Shown piece by piece: positions 9,999 through 18,839 of a stretch of 64,000 nt of DNA (position 1 is the stretch's first letter; each line of letters begins with the position of its first letter). The DNA is from a virus. The DNA lies in IMG/VR virus record IMGVR_UViG_3300024054_000269, positions 1 to 64,000 of that record. The stretch is one strand, 5' to 3'. Below the pieces are notes generated by a model. It was given only the letters and a program-made list of their open reading frames with translations. It was not told where the DNA came from and did no database searches. A program made the position numbers and the translations under genes.

Positions 9999-11099
9999 GT
10001 GATTCAGAGGATTGACATGACTATTCGAATAGTCAACGGTATAATTGTCAATTACACTGTTGACGAGTGGGTAGAATTTAAGAAGTGGCTGGATGGTACG
10101 CATGCAAAATTGCGTTATGTTTGGTCTGATGATGGTGTTTCATATACTATAATTGCTGTAGATGAGCAGATTTACCGTGCAATATCAATCGTAAAGACTG
10201 AAGCAGCTGATTTTGAATCAAATTATAAATCAAAATTTGCACAAATTAGTAACAAAACACAAGATGATGGTGTTCCACAGGTTGCTTTTTCTGGCCGTCT
10301 TGGGAACGAAGTTATATACGCTACGCATAATTTTTGTGATCCAACAACTTGGTATTCTGAATCAATTCGTGTGACTAATGAAATATTGGTTGACTCCGGT
10401 AACGGTTTAGTTTTCAACTCCAACCATGAAAATTGGATTGACATGACCCACGGGAAGGTCTTAGACGAAGAAGCTGTAGCAGAAGAGTCTGATCCGGATT
10501 ATAAATATTTAGTAACAGTTACTGTTGATAATATTGACAAGATTCAGAGAAACCCATTCGCAGAATCTGGAGGTGATTACGATGTTAATTATACAACTGG
10601 TCAAGTTACTTTTTTTGGTTCACAATCTGGTAAAACTGTCAAAGCTTCGTATAATTATGCAAACGGCTCGACTTGGGTAATGAAACCTAGTTCTGGTAAA
10701 CAACTTAGAATTGAACAGGCTGAAGCTCAATTTTCTGGAGATGTGGTATTGAATGACACAATAAAATTTGGCGCGTGGGGTCTAGTTGATGTTTTTGCAC
10801 CGCAACTTGTTCCTGACGTTATACCGTCTGGCACGCTTATAGAGTTGTTGTCTACTCGTTATCAACGTTTAGACCAAATAATTGATGAAGCTCTTGGCAG
10901 TTATCCAGTCATACCAGCGATTGGTGGAAGTCAACGTGGGAATTCGACGGCTCGTTATGGTTTTCCATTTCGTTATGGAACTGTTAGAGTTATCTCGTCA
11001 TCTGCTGGCATGGAACTTCGAGTCAGATTAGAAAATGATATAAAATACGGTGGTGAGAGAGCTACTGCTACATTTTATTGTTTGTCTGAAAATGAATAA
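9999..11099 (+). CDS. Hypothetical protein, possibly virion structural
   Basis: 366-aa ORF; DYDVNYTTGQVTF segment typical of beta-sandwich virion domains; start could be ATG 10017. Confidence 0.6.
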   Translation: MIQRIDMTIRIVNGIIVNYTVDEWVEFKKWLDGTHAKLRYVWSDDGVSYTIIAVDEQIYRAISIVKTEAADFESNYKSKFAQISNKTQDDGVPQVAFSGRLGNEVIYATHNFCDPTTWYSESIRVTNEILVDSGNGLVFNSNHENWIDMTHGKVLDEEAVAEESDPDYKYLVTVTVDNIDKIQRNPFAESGGDYDVNYTTGQVTFFGSQSGKTVKASYNYANGSTWVMKPSSGKQLRIEQAEAQFSGDVVLNDTIKFGAWGLVDVFAPQLVPDVIPSGTLIELLSTRYQRLDQIIDEALGSYPVIPAIGGSQRGNSTARYGFPFRYGTVRVISSSAGMELRVRLENDIKYGGERATATFYCLSENE

Positions 11100-11127
11100 T
11101 GTTGACAAGTGAAGTTTTTAATGATGT

Positions 11128-11997
11128 TTGTGTTGTATGAGAGCTTTAGTATTGAGTGGTGGCGGTTGTAAAGGTGCATATGAAGTTGGTGCAATTGAAT
11201 ATCTTTGTGGAAATTTAGAGAATAAATATGATGTTATTTGTGGTGTGTCAGTTGGAGCGTTAAACGGGTCTTTTCTTTCTCAATATCCGGTTGGTAAAGA
11301 AAAATTAGCGTCAGAAGCACTTGGAAAACTTTGGGACACAATTGACGACAAAAAAATTTATAAACATTGGTTTGGTTGGTATTTAGCTTCGTTGTGGAAA
11401 TCAAGTGTTTATGATAGTAAACCACTTCAAGATTTAGTCAGATCAAAACTTGACGTCAAGGCTGTTAAGAATAGTGGTAAAAAACTTTGTGTTGGTGCAG
11501 CTAATTTAGTCACTGGTGAATATAAAATATTTGACGAAAATTATCATGATATAGCTGGCGCAGTTTTGGCTTCTTCTTCATTTCCCGGCATGTTGTGCCC
11601 AATTGAACTTGATGGTCAATTGTGGACTGATGGTGGAGTAAGAGATATAACACCATTAAAAGCTGCTATCAACTTAGGAGCTGATGAAATTGATGTTGTG
11701 GTATGTTCACCGAATTTTGTTGATAAGTCTTTTCCAAAAAAACCAAACGTTTTATCAATAATGAAAAGGTCGATTGAAATAATGTCGGATGAAATTGATA
11801 GAACAGATTTAAACAAAGCCATGCTTTATAATGATTTAGTGTCATCTGGTGTAATTATTGATAAAAGAAATATACCTATTAGAATAATTAGACCAAACCA
11901 TCATCTAACAAATAATTCTCTTGATTTTTCACCAAAATTATTGAAAGAAATGAGAGAAATTGGATATTTTGACGCAAAGAAAATTTGTTCTTCTTGA
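11128..11997 (+). CDS. Patatin-like phospholipase
   Basis: LSGGGCKG, GVSVG (Ser), DGG (Asp) motifs intact; probable start ATG 11137. Confidence 0.9.
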   Translation: MCCMRALVLSGGGCKGAYEVGAIEYLCGNLENKYDVICGVSVGALNGSFLSQYPVGKEKLASEALGKLWDTIDDKKIYKHWFGWYLASLWKSSVYDSKPLQDLVRSKLDVKAVKNSGKKLCVGAANLVTGEYKIFDENYHDIAGAVLASSSFPGMLCPIELDGQLWTDGGVRDITPLKAAINLGADEIDVVVCSPNFVDKSFPKKPNVLSIMKRSIEIMSDEIDRTDLNKAMLYNDLVSSGVIIDKRNIPIRIIRPNHHLTNNSLDFSPKLLKEMREIGYFDAKKICSS

Positions 11998-12020
11998 TGT
12001 TTTATGTCTTAATTTAATGT

Positions 12021-12362
12021 ATGGATACTGGTCCAGCGTTAGGTGGTGCGTCCGAACTTTTGAAACAAGGTGTACTTGGAATAGTTTCTGCACTGTTAAT
12101 AGCTGCTTTAGTTTGGGTTACAAAAAATTGGAAGAAAGCCATGGAGGATCGTATTGAAGATGCGAAGGGTTTTGGTAATGCATTAAAAGAAGTTAACAAT
12201 GCAAACACAAATCTAATAGTTGAAACTAATAAATCAAGCGATGCAGCTAAAGCTTCAATTGAAGGTTTGAAAGCGGAGTCAATTAATGTTAGGTCAGAAT
12301 TAACGAAGCTTAGGGATGAACAAGTAAAATTAATTGTTGCAACCAAGGGAAGCAACGGATAG
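12021..12362 (+). CDS. Small membrane protein (one TM + coiled coil), holin-like candidate
   Basis: Hydrophobic GVLGIVSALLIAALVWV followed by a charged helical tail. Confidence 0.5.
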   Translation: MDTGPALGGASELLKQGVLGIVSALLIAALVWVTKNWKKAMEDRIEDAKGFGNALKEVNNANTNLIVETNKSSDAAKASIEGLKAESINVRSELTKLRDEQVKLIVATKGSNG

Positions 12363-12386
12363 TAGATAGTTGGAAGAGACATAATC

Positions 12387-12494
12387 ATGAAAATTATTCG
12401 ATCTTCTAAATGCACTTTAAAGTTATCAAATCAAGGAAAAATTAAATTATTGCGATCAACTTGTTGCAAACCTCTATTTATAGAGGAACGGTGA
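12387..12494 (+). pseudogene. 35-codon ORF resembling the N-terminus of phage TnpB/Cas12f-like proteins (possible remnant)
   Basis: MKIIRSSKCTLKLSNQGKIKLL...; resemblance recalled from the RSSKxxLKFxNxGK start of phage TnpB-like proteins, not searched. Confidence 0.35.
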
Positions 12495-12498
12495 AATC

Positions 12499-12759
12499 AT
12501 GGGCGTTGTTTCTTGGATAAAAGAATTAGTTTCGCTCAATTCTAAAACTGATGAAGCTATAGAAGAATTTAAACGAGAGAAAGAAAGAACACATGTAGTC
12601 ACGTCTGACATTGAGAAGATAACCGCGGACTTGAGAAGGGGTAGGGAAGCTATAAAAGCCAAAGCCAAAGGCCTAACAAATCACTTAACCCCTAGTGAGC
12701 AACAAAATGACATCAGAGAAATCCAACCCAGACAAGCCATCAAGTCTTCCGCCGGGTAG
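12499..12759 (+). CDS. Hypothetical protein
   Basis: 86-aa ORF, ATG preceded by GAGGA at plausible distance. Confidence 0.55.
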   Translation: MGVVSWIKELVSLNSKTDEAIEEFKREKERTHVVTSDIEKITADLRRGREAIKAKAKGLTNHLTPSEQQNDIREIQPRQAIKSSAG

Positions 12760-13462
12760 AAAACTTACTTCAACATCCGGAGAGCATAAACTTAATCTGA
12801 CTGGAACTTTGTCGTCTAAAGAATCAGAAGAGCTTGTCAAAAAAGGTCGTGCTCAAGTCGTTGCTTTATCACCAGAAGTAAAAGAAAACAACGAGGATAG
12901 GCCTTCTCAGACTAATATTGAAGAAGCTAGTGGTGACTTACAAGAGGCCGCCGGAGCATTTGTCCATGGTGTTGATGTAATAACTGATTCTTTGTTTTTC
13001 ATTATTGGAAAATTTGATAAAACAATATCAAGAATAAATTTCAGCATCATGTTTACGTCTGTTGCAATTGCTTGCTTGTCATATCTAATTATTAGAGTTG
13101 AAAAACTTACTTCCGAACTTGATAAAGGTCGTCAATCGAATGCAGAAATAACTGCCAAGCTTAAGGATACAACTGATAAACTTGATGGAATAACCCAGGG
13201 TCAAAAAGAGACTGATAAAAAAGTCGAAGAAACTAAACAAGAAGTTGCTAAACAGCAAAATATACAAATTGTAGCTGATGAAAAGACTGGACAAGCAAAA
13301 GTAGTAATTAAACCAAAAGAGAAACCAACAACAGCACCAACAATACCATCTGCTTCATCAGGCGTTCATTCGATAGAAATACCAATCAAATTACCACCCG
13401 GGTCCAAAACTGTTGAATCAGATTCAGGAGTAAATAGGTCTGAATCGATTCAAAAGAAATAA
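12695..13462 (+). CDS. Membrane-anchored coiled-coil protein
   Basis: TM segment (FSIMFTSVAIACLSYLII), coiled coil and Pro-rich tail; start uncertain. Confidence 0.55.
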   Translation: MSNKMTSEKSNPDKPSSLPPGRKLTSTSGEHKLNLTGTLSSKESEELVKKGRAQVVALSPEVKENNEDRPSQTNIEEASGDLQEAAGAFVHGVDVITDSLFFIIGKFDKTISRINFSIMFTSVAIACLSYLIIRVEKLTSELDKGRQSNAEITAKLKDTTDKLDGITQGQKETDKKVEETKQEVAKQQNIQIVADEKTGQAKVVIKPKEKPTTAPTIPSASSGVHSIEIPIKLPPGSKTVESDSGVNRSESIQKK

Positions 13463-13464
13463 AC

Positions 13465-14079
13465 CTAGAAGAAAATAATTTTCAGCCAATCCGGATGTTC
13501 AACACTTCTAACAGCGTTGTCACGACGCGGTGAGTCAAGTCTTTTCAACACGACACCGTGGATGAAACCAGACTTAGCGTTCGTGCTTTCTTTGTGCTTT
13601 CCAGCTTCTTTTTTAATTTCTAAACATTTAGATAGCGATACTTCCTCTTGAAGGACAAAGGAGAGGTCAGGGAGGCCATCCGGAATTACTTCTAACAGGA
13701 ACTTGCGTCTTTCAGATAGTGGAAGATTACTGATATTTTTATATCCAAACCTCATTGTGTCCCAAAAAGTCGCACTACATACTACATCTCTATTGTGTCT
13801 CCAACTACCACGTTTGGTCGGGGTCCAAATTTCACCGTCTAAAACTGTTCCTTTTGGAATATTCAAATATTGAAGTTGGTTCAAAAGATTAGTCGGAATT
13901 TCGATGATTCTCTTTTCTCTTGTATAAAATTTAATTGAATTTTCTTCCCTAATTAAAATTAGTCGATGCCCATCGAATTTTCTCTCAAGCGTATATTCAT
14001 CTGGATTAATTTCTTCAAAAATTGATTCGTTTACTCGAACTGGTTTTTGTGGATAGCGCCACCATTCGCCAAAGTTCAT
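13465..14079 (-). CDS. ATP-dependent DNA ligase-like nucleotidyltransferase domain (no OB domain)
   Basis: Motif I ERKFDGHR, motif III LDGEI, IIIa FWD, IV HGVVLK, V WLKI, then stop. Confidence 0.75.
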   Translation of the reverse strand: MNFGEWWRYPQKPVRVNESIFEEINPDEYTLERKFDGHRLILIREENSIKFYTREKRIIEIPTNLLNQLQYLNIPKGTVLDGEIWTPTKRGSWRHNRDVVCSATFWDTMRFGYKNISNLPLSERRKFLLEVIPDGLPDLSFVLQEEVSLSKCLEIKKEAGKHKESTNAKSGFIHGVVLKRLDSPRRDNAVRSVEHPDWLKIIFF

Positions 14080-14096
14080 AGTGTATTATATTTTGG
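14080..14096. promoter_or_regulatory. Overlapping divergent -10 boxes between two start codons 17 bp apart
   Basis: TATAAT on minus (14085-14090, 5 nt from ATG 14079) and TATTAT on plus (14084-14089, 7 nt from ATG 14097). Confidence 0.6.
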
Positions 14097-14363
14097 ATGC
14101 CTAGAAATTTACGATGGACAATTGAGAATGGATTAACAAATCAAATATATAGATTATATGTTAATGATACTCAGACGCATTCTATTCAAAGAATTGTAAA
14201 TGGTATTTTTGCAGCAATTAGGGTTCAATCTACATCATATCAGATTTGTAACAGCCATAAAACAATTGACGAGGCGCTTGTCTGGGCTGAAAATGATATA
14301 ACATCTGGCGATTATTTTGAATGGGCTAACAACGAAATTGTTGAAGAAATTATAAATTCGTAA
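14097..14363 (+). CDS. Small hypothetical accessory protein
   Basis: 88-aa ORF ending EEIINS. Confidence 0.6.
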   Translation: MPRNLRWTIENGLTNQIYRLYVNDTQTHSIQRIVNGIFAAIRVQSTSYQICNSHKTIDEALVWAENDITSGDYFEWANNEIVEEIINS

Positions 14364-14392
14364 GTTATTAAATAGTTCATGTAATATTTAGC

Positions 14393-14782
14393 ATGATCTA
14401 TGTTGAATGCAGGAAGGAATCTCCGACATACAAAATAACTTTTACGACTAAAAGTGCTGGCCATAGTGTTGACTCAGGAAAAATTGGATCTTATATCTTA
14501 CTGAGGTTCTCTGGTCCAGATTATCATGTCATTGCTAAAGTGTTCAAAAATCATAAGGAAATTGCTGAATTTATGTTTTTGCTTTCTGTCCCTGGTAACC
14601 CAATTGCTAATAATGCCATTCTTGGAATAATGAAAGGTGACGTTCATGGTGAGACCGCCAAAACCATTGTTTATTTGGCTATGAACGAAATCATTGACAA
14701 TTTATCCTGGTTCAAAGAATATTTTCCTGAGATTTATGAGCAGTGGCAGTTTGAAAAAACTGAATTTGTTTTGAAAGGTTGA
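14393..14782 (+). CDS. Small hypothetical accessory protein
   Basis: 129-aa ORF with TAATAT-N5-ATG. Confidence 0.6.
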   Translation: MIYVECRKESPTYKITFTTKSAGHSVDSGKIGSYILLRFSGPDYHVIAKVFKNHKEIAEFMFLLSVPGNPIANNAILGIMKGDVHGETAKTIVYLAMNEIIDNLSWFKEYFPEIYEQWQFEKTEFVLKG

Positions 14783-14806
14783 AGTTTTTATTTTTATTTC
14801 TAGAAA

Positions 14807-15406
14807 ATGGAAAAATTTTTTCGAATTGCAGCTATTGCAGCTAAAATCTCAGGGCCTTCAAAAAGACCCGATAGAACATCTATTTTAAAAAAGAAATTTC
14901 GTGAAGAAAAAGACCGTTCAGAGTGGGCTTTGTTCGATAGTAAAGGCAAGAAAGTTTTAAAATGGTTCGGGCCAGAGAAACCAAGTAAAGAACGTGTTCA
15001 AAAAGAAGAAAGAAGAATCCAATTTTTCAAGCATAAAAAAGGATCAAACATTAACATAGCAGATGATTTTGAACATGATGAAGATGTTTATTTTGAGTAT
15101 GAACGCGATGATTCTATAGAATATGGTGATTATTTTAGTTTTCTTTTAACTGAAAAGCCAGGCAGTCTTAATGAAATTGTTGAATACGCCATTTCCGAAA
15201 ATGAACACCCAGAATTAAAGAATTCTACTGTAAATGAAAAGGGATTTGATAATGGTTTTTGGAGTGACTATTGGACGAAAAAGGGATATGATTATACTGA
15301 TTTTTTGATGGAAATTCCAGAAAAACATGAAATAAAAGAAGGTCAACGTGTTCTGGACGCACTCAAGAAAGCAATTAGTGAAAAAGCCGGAGTTATGTTC
15401 ACATGA
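14807..15406 (+). CDS. Hypothetical protein (basic N-half, acidic C-half)
   Basis: 199-aa ORF. Confidence 0.6.
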   Translation: MEKFFRIAAIAAKISGPSKRPDRTSILKKKFREEKDRSEWALFDSKGKKVLKWFGPEKPSKERVQKEERRIQFFKHKKGSNINIADDFEHDEDVYFEYERDDSIEYGDYFSFLLTEKPGSLNEIVEYAISENEHPELKNSTVNEKGFDNGFWSDYWTKKGYDYTDFLMEIPEKHEIKEGQRVLDALKKAISEKAGVMFT

Positions 15407-15774
15407 AAATCAGAGCTAATTATGATGTGTGTGCCAATTGTGGTCAAAATTGTAAATGTGTCACAAAGATTGCAGCTAAAAATACTGAAGCATCAACTGC
15501 AGCCGCAACTATTATGATGGCTGCAATTAGCCAAGCTGTGCATCAAGCAGCTTCTAAAAATGCTGAAAAGGCCGTTAATAGCTCTGGACTTGAGTTGTAT
15601 AGCGATTTTGACCTTGGTGTGTTTAGGAATGCATTGCTCAATTCTTTGAAAGACCGAGACACTATTTGGAGTTTTTACAAACACGCAGAAGAATCAATTC
15701 GAGATGTTTTAATTAAACGCCAAAATGTTCGACGGGATGAAGAAGATGCTGCTAAAAGAGTTATTGAGGGATGA
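15403..15774 (+). CDS. Hypothetical protein
   Basis: 123 aa, CANCGQNCKC near N-terminus, ATGA overlap, ends RVIEG. Confidence 0.6.
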   Translation: MKIRANYDVCANCGQNCKCVTKIAAKNTEASTAAATIMMAAISQAVHQAASKNAEKAVNSSGLELYSDFDLGVFRNALLNSLKDRDTIWSFYKHAEESIRDVLIKRQNVRRDEEDAAKRVIEG

Positions 15775-16022
15775 ATCCTGAAAAGCGGGTCGTTTTCCGC
15801 AAAATTCCAAACGGTCCCAAATTAAACCCGCTGACTTGGATGGAATGGCCTGAGAATAAATCTGGTATCATTGCCGAATGTTGTTGTATATTCGGTCATT
15901 GCGGCACGTTGAGATCCCAAAACCATAATGTTGATAATGAAGGAAATGTTATGCCTTCATATGTTTGTCCAGTTCCCGGCTGTTCATTCCATGATTTTAT
16001 AAAACTTGATAGCTGGAAGTAA
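15771..16022 (+). CDS. Small Cys/His-rich protein, possibly DUF6527-like
   Basis: CCCIFGH ... HNVDNEGNVMPSYVCPVPGCSFHDFI; family resemblance from memory only. Confidence 0.45.
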   Translation: MNPEKRVVFRKIPNGPKLNPLTWMEWPENKSGIIAECCCIFGHCGTLRSQNHNVDNEGNVMPSYVCPVPGCSFHDFIKLDSWK

Positions 16023-16335
16023 CGTATACATGATTAAACCTGGTGTTCCAGCTGAAATTAAAATTGATTGTTATAGTATTAATTATGTAAAACACTTTAA
16101 TCAACCAGGGCTAGGAAGTTATGTTAGGGTAGTCTTGCCAGAAGTCACAAAAATTGGCGTGGTTGTTGGGTATGAAGATTCGTTCTTAAAAATTAAATTT
16201 ATATGTAATGCTTCACAAGATAACCACCGATCAAAGTATACAGATGATGAATATTATGTTCCGATTGATCTTATAACAGAATGTGAAGGTATTGATGCTG
16301 ATTTAATTGCCGTATCTGAGGTTGTAGAAGGTTAA
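16006..16335 (+). CDS. Small hypothetical accessory protein
   Basis: ORF ending SEVVEG; start probably ATG 16030. Confidence 0.55.
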   Translation: MIAGSNVYMIKPGVPAEIKIDCYSINYVKHFNQPGLGSYVRVVLPEVTKIGVVVGYEDSFLKIKFICNASQDNHRSKYTDDEYYVPIDLITECEGIDADLIAVSEVVEG

Positions 16336-16369
16336 CGTAAATAGCATAGTTTGTATTGTACATTTTGTT

Positions 16370-16747
16370 GTGATAGGAATCAATATTTTATATGTTTTGG
16401 GTGTAGCGTTTGGTTTTTCTCTATTCATGAATATTTTTCAGTATGTTAGATATAAACCAAGTAAAAAATATTGTGCTTCTGCTTACTGCAGATCTATTCA
16501 AGATCCGAGATGCGGTGGCGGTAATTGTTCACATCATTGTCATATGAATTGTTCTGGAAAATGTAAACCTAGTACATACGATTTTGGCGGGCATGAGTTT
16601 ATCGAATTTCCGACTGATAATAGAAGCATGAATTTAAAGTGCAAAAAATGTTGCCTATCAATTTCCTCAATCAATGATTTGAAAAACGCCAAAAGTTGTA
16701 GAACTGAGTTGGAGTTGATGAAGACCCAAGAAATTTTGGAGTCATAA
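16370..16747 (+). CDS. Small membrane-anchored Cys-rich protein
   Basis: N-terminal hydrophobic segment, multiple Cys/His, ends QEILES. Confidence 0.6.
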   Translation: MIGINILYVLGVAFGFSLFMNIFQYVRYKPSKKYCASAYCRSIQDPRCGGGNCSHHCHMNCSGKCKPSTYDFGGHEFIEFPTDNRSMNLKCKKCCLSISSINDLKNAKSCRTELELMKTQEILES

Positions 16748-16998
16748 TGGCAGAGTTAGAAGGATGCCCATTTTGCGGAAACAACGAAATTAGGGTTCTG
16801 CCACAAGTTGGCGGATTTAGTGTTGATTGCACAGTGTGCAATGCTACGAAGCGTGTTTTCACAGAACATGAAGAACAAGCTATAGCTAGTTGGAACAAAC
16901 GGGCTGACATTCATCTTTTGCTTGTATGCCCGCATTGTAAGTCTGATTTAGATGTTAAAATAGATCATAGTACTTGTGAGGAAATTGAGGTACACTAA
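16747..16998 (+). CDS. Lar-family (restriction alleviation)-like zinc finger protein
   Basis: ELEGCPFCG ... CTVCNA ... EQAIASWNKR matches the Lar_restr_allev pattern. Confidence 0.6.
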   Translation: MAELEGCPFCGNNEIRVLPQVGGFSVDCTVCNATKRVFTEHEEQAIASWNKRADIHLLLVCPHCKSDLDVKIDHSTCEEIEVH

Positions 16999-17183
16999 TG
17001 GCCGTTGTAACTGAAGCTGATGAACGACGAGACCAAGTTATTGTGCATATAAATGCAGCGTTGAAAGAATTGAATGTTATTATTTACAAACGTTGTTGGG
17101 GTTGGGAAGATTACAGACAAGACTATCGTGACAAATTAATAGAAATACAAGCAACGTTATTAAGATTTCGTGATGAATTATGA
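16998..17183 (+). CDS. Small hypothetical protein
   Basis: 61 aa, coupled to neighbours. Confidence 0.55.
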   Translation: MAVVTEADERRDQVIVHINAALKELNVIIYKRCWGWEDYRQDYRDKLIEIQATLLRFRDEL

Positions 17184-17506
17184 CTTTCAATAGGCGTTTG
17201 CCTTTACCTATAGTCGAAGATATTGATTTAGCTATTTTTCAAATCCAAATTTGTACGCCGGAATTTGAGTTCAAATTTGAAGATGAATTATATTTTATAA
17301 AATGTTTCTCAAATAGGTCGCAACGCGATTGTTTTTTTATTGGTTTCGGCCCTAAATCAGATTTTGATAATATTGCGTCTTATGCACCTCAAGTTTATGG
17401 GGCAAAGGCTGGATCTAAGGAAATGCGTTCACATTGTTTGACTTCAAAGGGTGACTTTATCAAAATTCTTAGAGACTTGAAAACTGAAGAGGTTGTTGAT
17501 GGATGA
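17180..17506 (+). CDS. Hypothetical protein, tandem paralogue 1
   Basis: Shares FEFxFExxxYFIxC, FFIGxGxKSDFD, EMxSxCLTSK with next ORF. Confidence 0.65.
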   Translation: MTFNRRLPLPIVEDIDLAIFQIQICTPEFEFKFEDELYFIKCFSNRSQRDCFFIGFGPKSDFDNIASYAPQVYGAKAGSKEMRSHCLTSKGDFIKILRDLKTEEVVDG

Positions 17507-17792
17507 TATTTTGGATACAGTGATTCATCAAATTCAAACTCGAACCGAAGGGTTAGAGTTTGAATTTGAGGAAGATTTTTATTTTATAAGATGCGATCTT
17601 ATTGGACGCGATAATTACTTTTTTATCGGTTTAGGAAAGAAATCAGATTTTGATTTTGATGTTTTGAAATTTACTAATGTGGTCGTTTCTCATATTTATA
17701 AAAAAGAAATGCATTCATATTGTTTGACTTCCAAATTTGAACTTATCCAGATTCTTAGGTGTTTAAAAGTCAAAGAAGTTATTGATGGGTAA
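17493..17792 (+). CDS. Hypothetical protein, tandem paralogue 2
   Basis: Same shared motifs; ends KEVIDG. Confidence 0.65.
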   Translation: MLMDDILDTVIHQIQTRTEGLEFEFEEDFYFIRCDLIGRDNYFFIGLGKKSDFDFDVLKFTNVVVSHIYKKEMHSYCLTSKFELIQILRCLKVKEVIDG

Positions 17793-17885
17793 GATATCAA
17801 ACGTCTTCAAATTAAATTTGTGTTGCCATCATTTTTTACCATTATTAAATTTACGTTAGACGTCCTTTGTTTAGTAGTATAAAAG

Positions 17886-18782
17886 ATGTCAAGCATTTTC
17901 TATCGTGGCCAGGAACTTAAACGTGGTGATCTAAATATATTTTTAAAGACAAGGGATGGATCACCTAAAAATGCAGCTGAAATATCATATAGCATAATCG
18001 ACTATACTTCAGGTGTTGAAGTATTAGTTCCACCATCCAATAGAATACCAATCAACCCAGCAATTGGTGAATATTATGCAAGTTTCTTAACACCACTTGA
18101 TGCAAATTTGGGCAAATATCGGGTTAGATGGTTTTTTAGAGAGTATACAAGTTCCCCACAAGTTCAGATTGTACAAGAATTTAATATTATCGGTGGTGAT
18201 GTTAAAATTGTTAATTTGCCTGGATCAACTGCAATTGAAACTGATTTAATCAGAAGTCTCAGAGTGTTACTACGCGATAACAATCCTGGCCGCAACTATC
18301 ATTTCTCTCCTCCTACTGGTGAGAGTTCAATAAATCAGTACACAAGGGTGTTTGGCTTTATTTGGGAAGATGAAGAGTTACTTGAATTTCTTAGGGTTTC
18401 AAATGATGCTATTAATATGTACCCACCTCAGACTTTCTACAGCACGCTTGATCAATTGATCACAAACAACAGAAATTGGCGAACGTTATTACTAACTGGT
18501 GGGATGGTTTATGCTATTCAAGCACTCACACTTAATTGGATTTTAGACGAATTTGATTACACGATTGGCGGCGTTTCACTTAGTATTGAAAAATCATCCA
18601 AATATCAATCTGTAATGAATGATGCTAACACTAGATTTTTGGAATTTATGACAAATGCCAAAGAAACGGTAAAAGTGATACGTGGGTTAAAACATTCCAA
18701 ATTTGGTGTTGGTATTAGGTCATCATTCGGTCCGTCGGTCGGGCGTGGCTCGCTTACCCCGCGCCGTTTCCTCGGTTTCTGA
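17886..18782 (+). CDS. Putative head-tail connector/neck protein
   Basis: Ig-like N-terminus (GEYYASF), helical C-domain with YTIGGVSLSIEKS as in head-completion adaptors; inference. Confidence 0.5.
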   Translation: MSSIFYRGQELKRGDLNIFLKTRDGSPKNAAEISYSIIDYTSGVEVLVPPSNRIPINPAIGEYYASFLTPLDANLGKYRVRWFFREYTSSPQVQIVQEFNIIGGDVKIVNLPGSTAIETDLIRSLRVLLRDNNPGRNYHFSPPTGESSINQYTRVFGFIWEDEELLEFLRVSNDAINMYPPQTFYSTLDQLITNNRNWRTLLLTGGMVYAIQALTLNWILDEFDYTIGGVSLSIEKSSKYQSVMNDANTRFLEFMTNAKETVKVIRGLKHSKFGVGIRSSFGPSVGRGSLTPRRFLGF

Positions 18783-18800
18783 AGCCTTCCGAGGCTTTTT
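18782..18800 (+). terminator. Putative intrinsic terminator
   Basis: AAGCC-TTCCGA-GGCTT followed by T-run immediately after stop. Confidence 0.5.
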
Positions 18801-18839
18801 CGTGTATTTTTAATATTTTTGAATTATCATTTGTAATTA

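Noticed and set aside
9976-10008. Short direct repeat ATTGTGATTCAGA at a gene junction
   Set aside because: Only two 13-nt copies, with no further copies or context to suggest function
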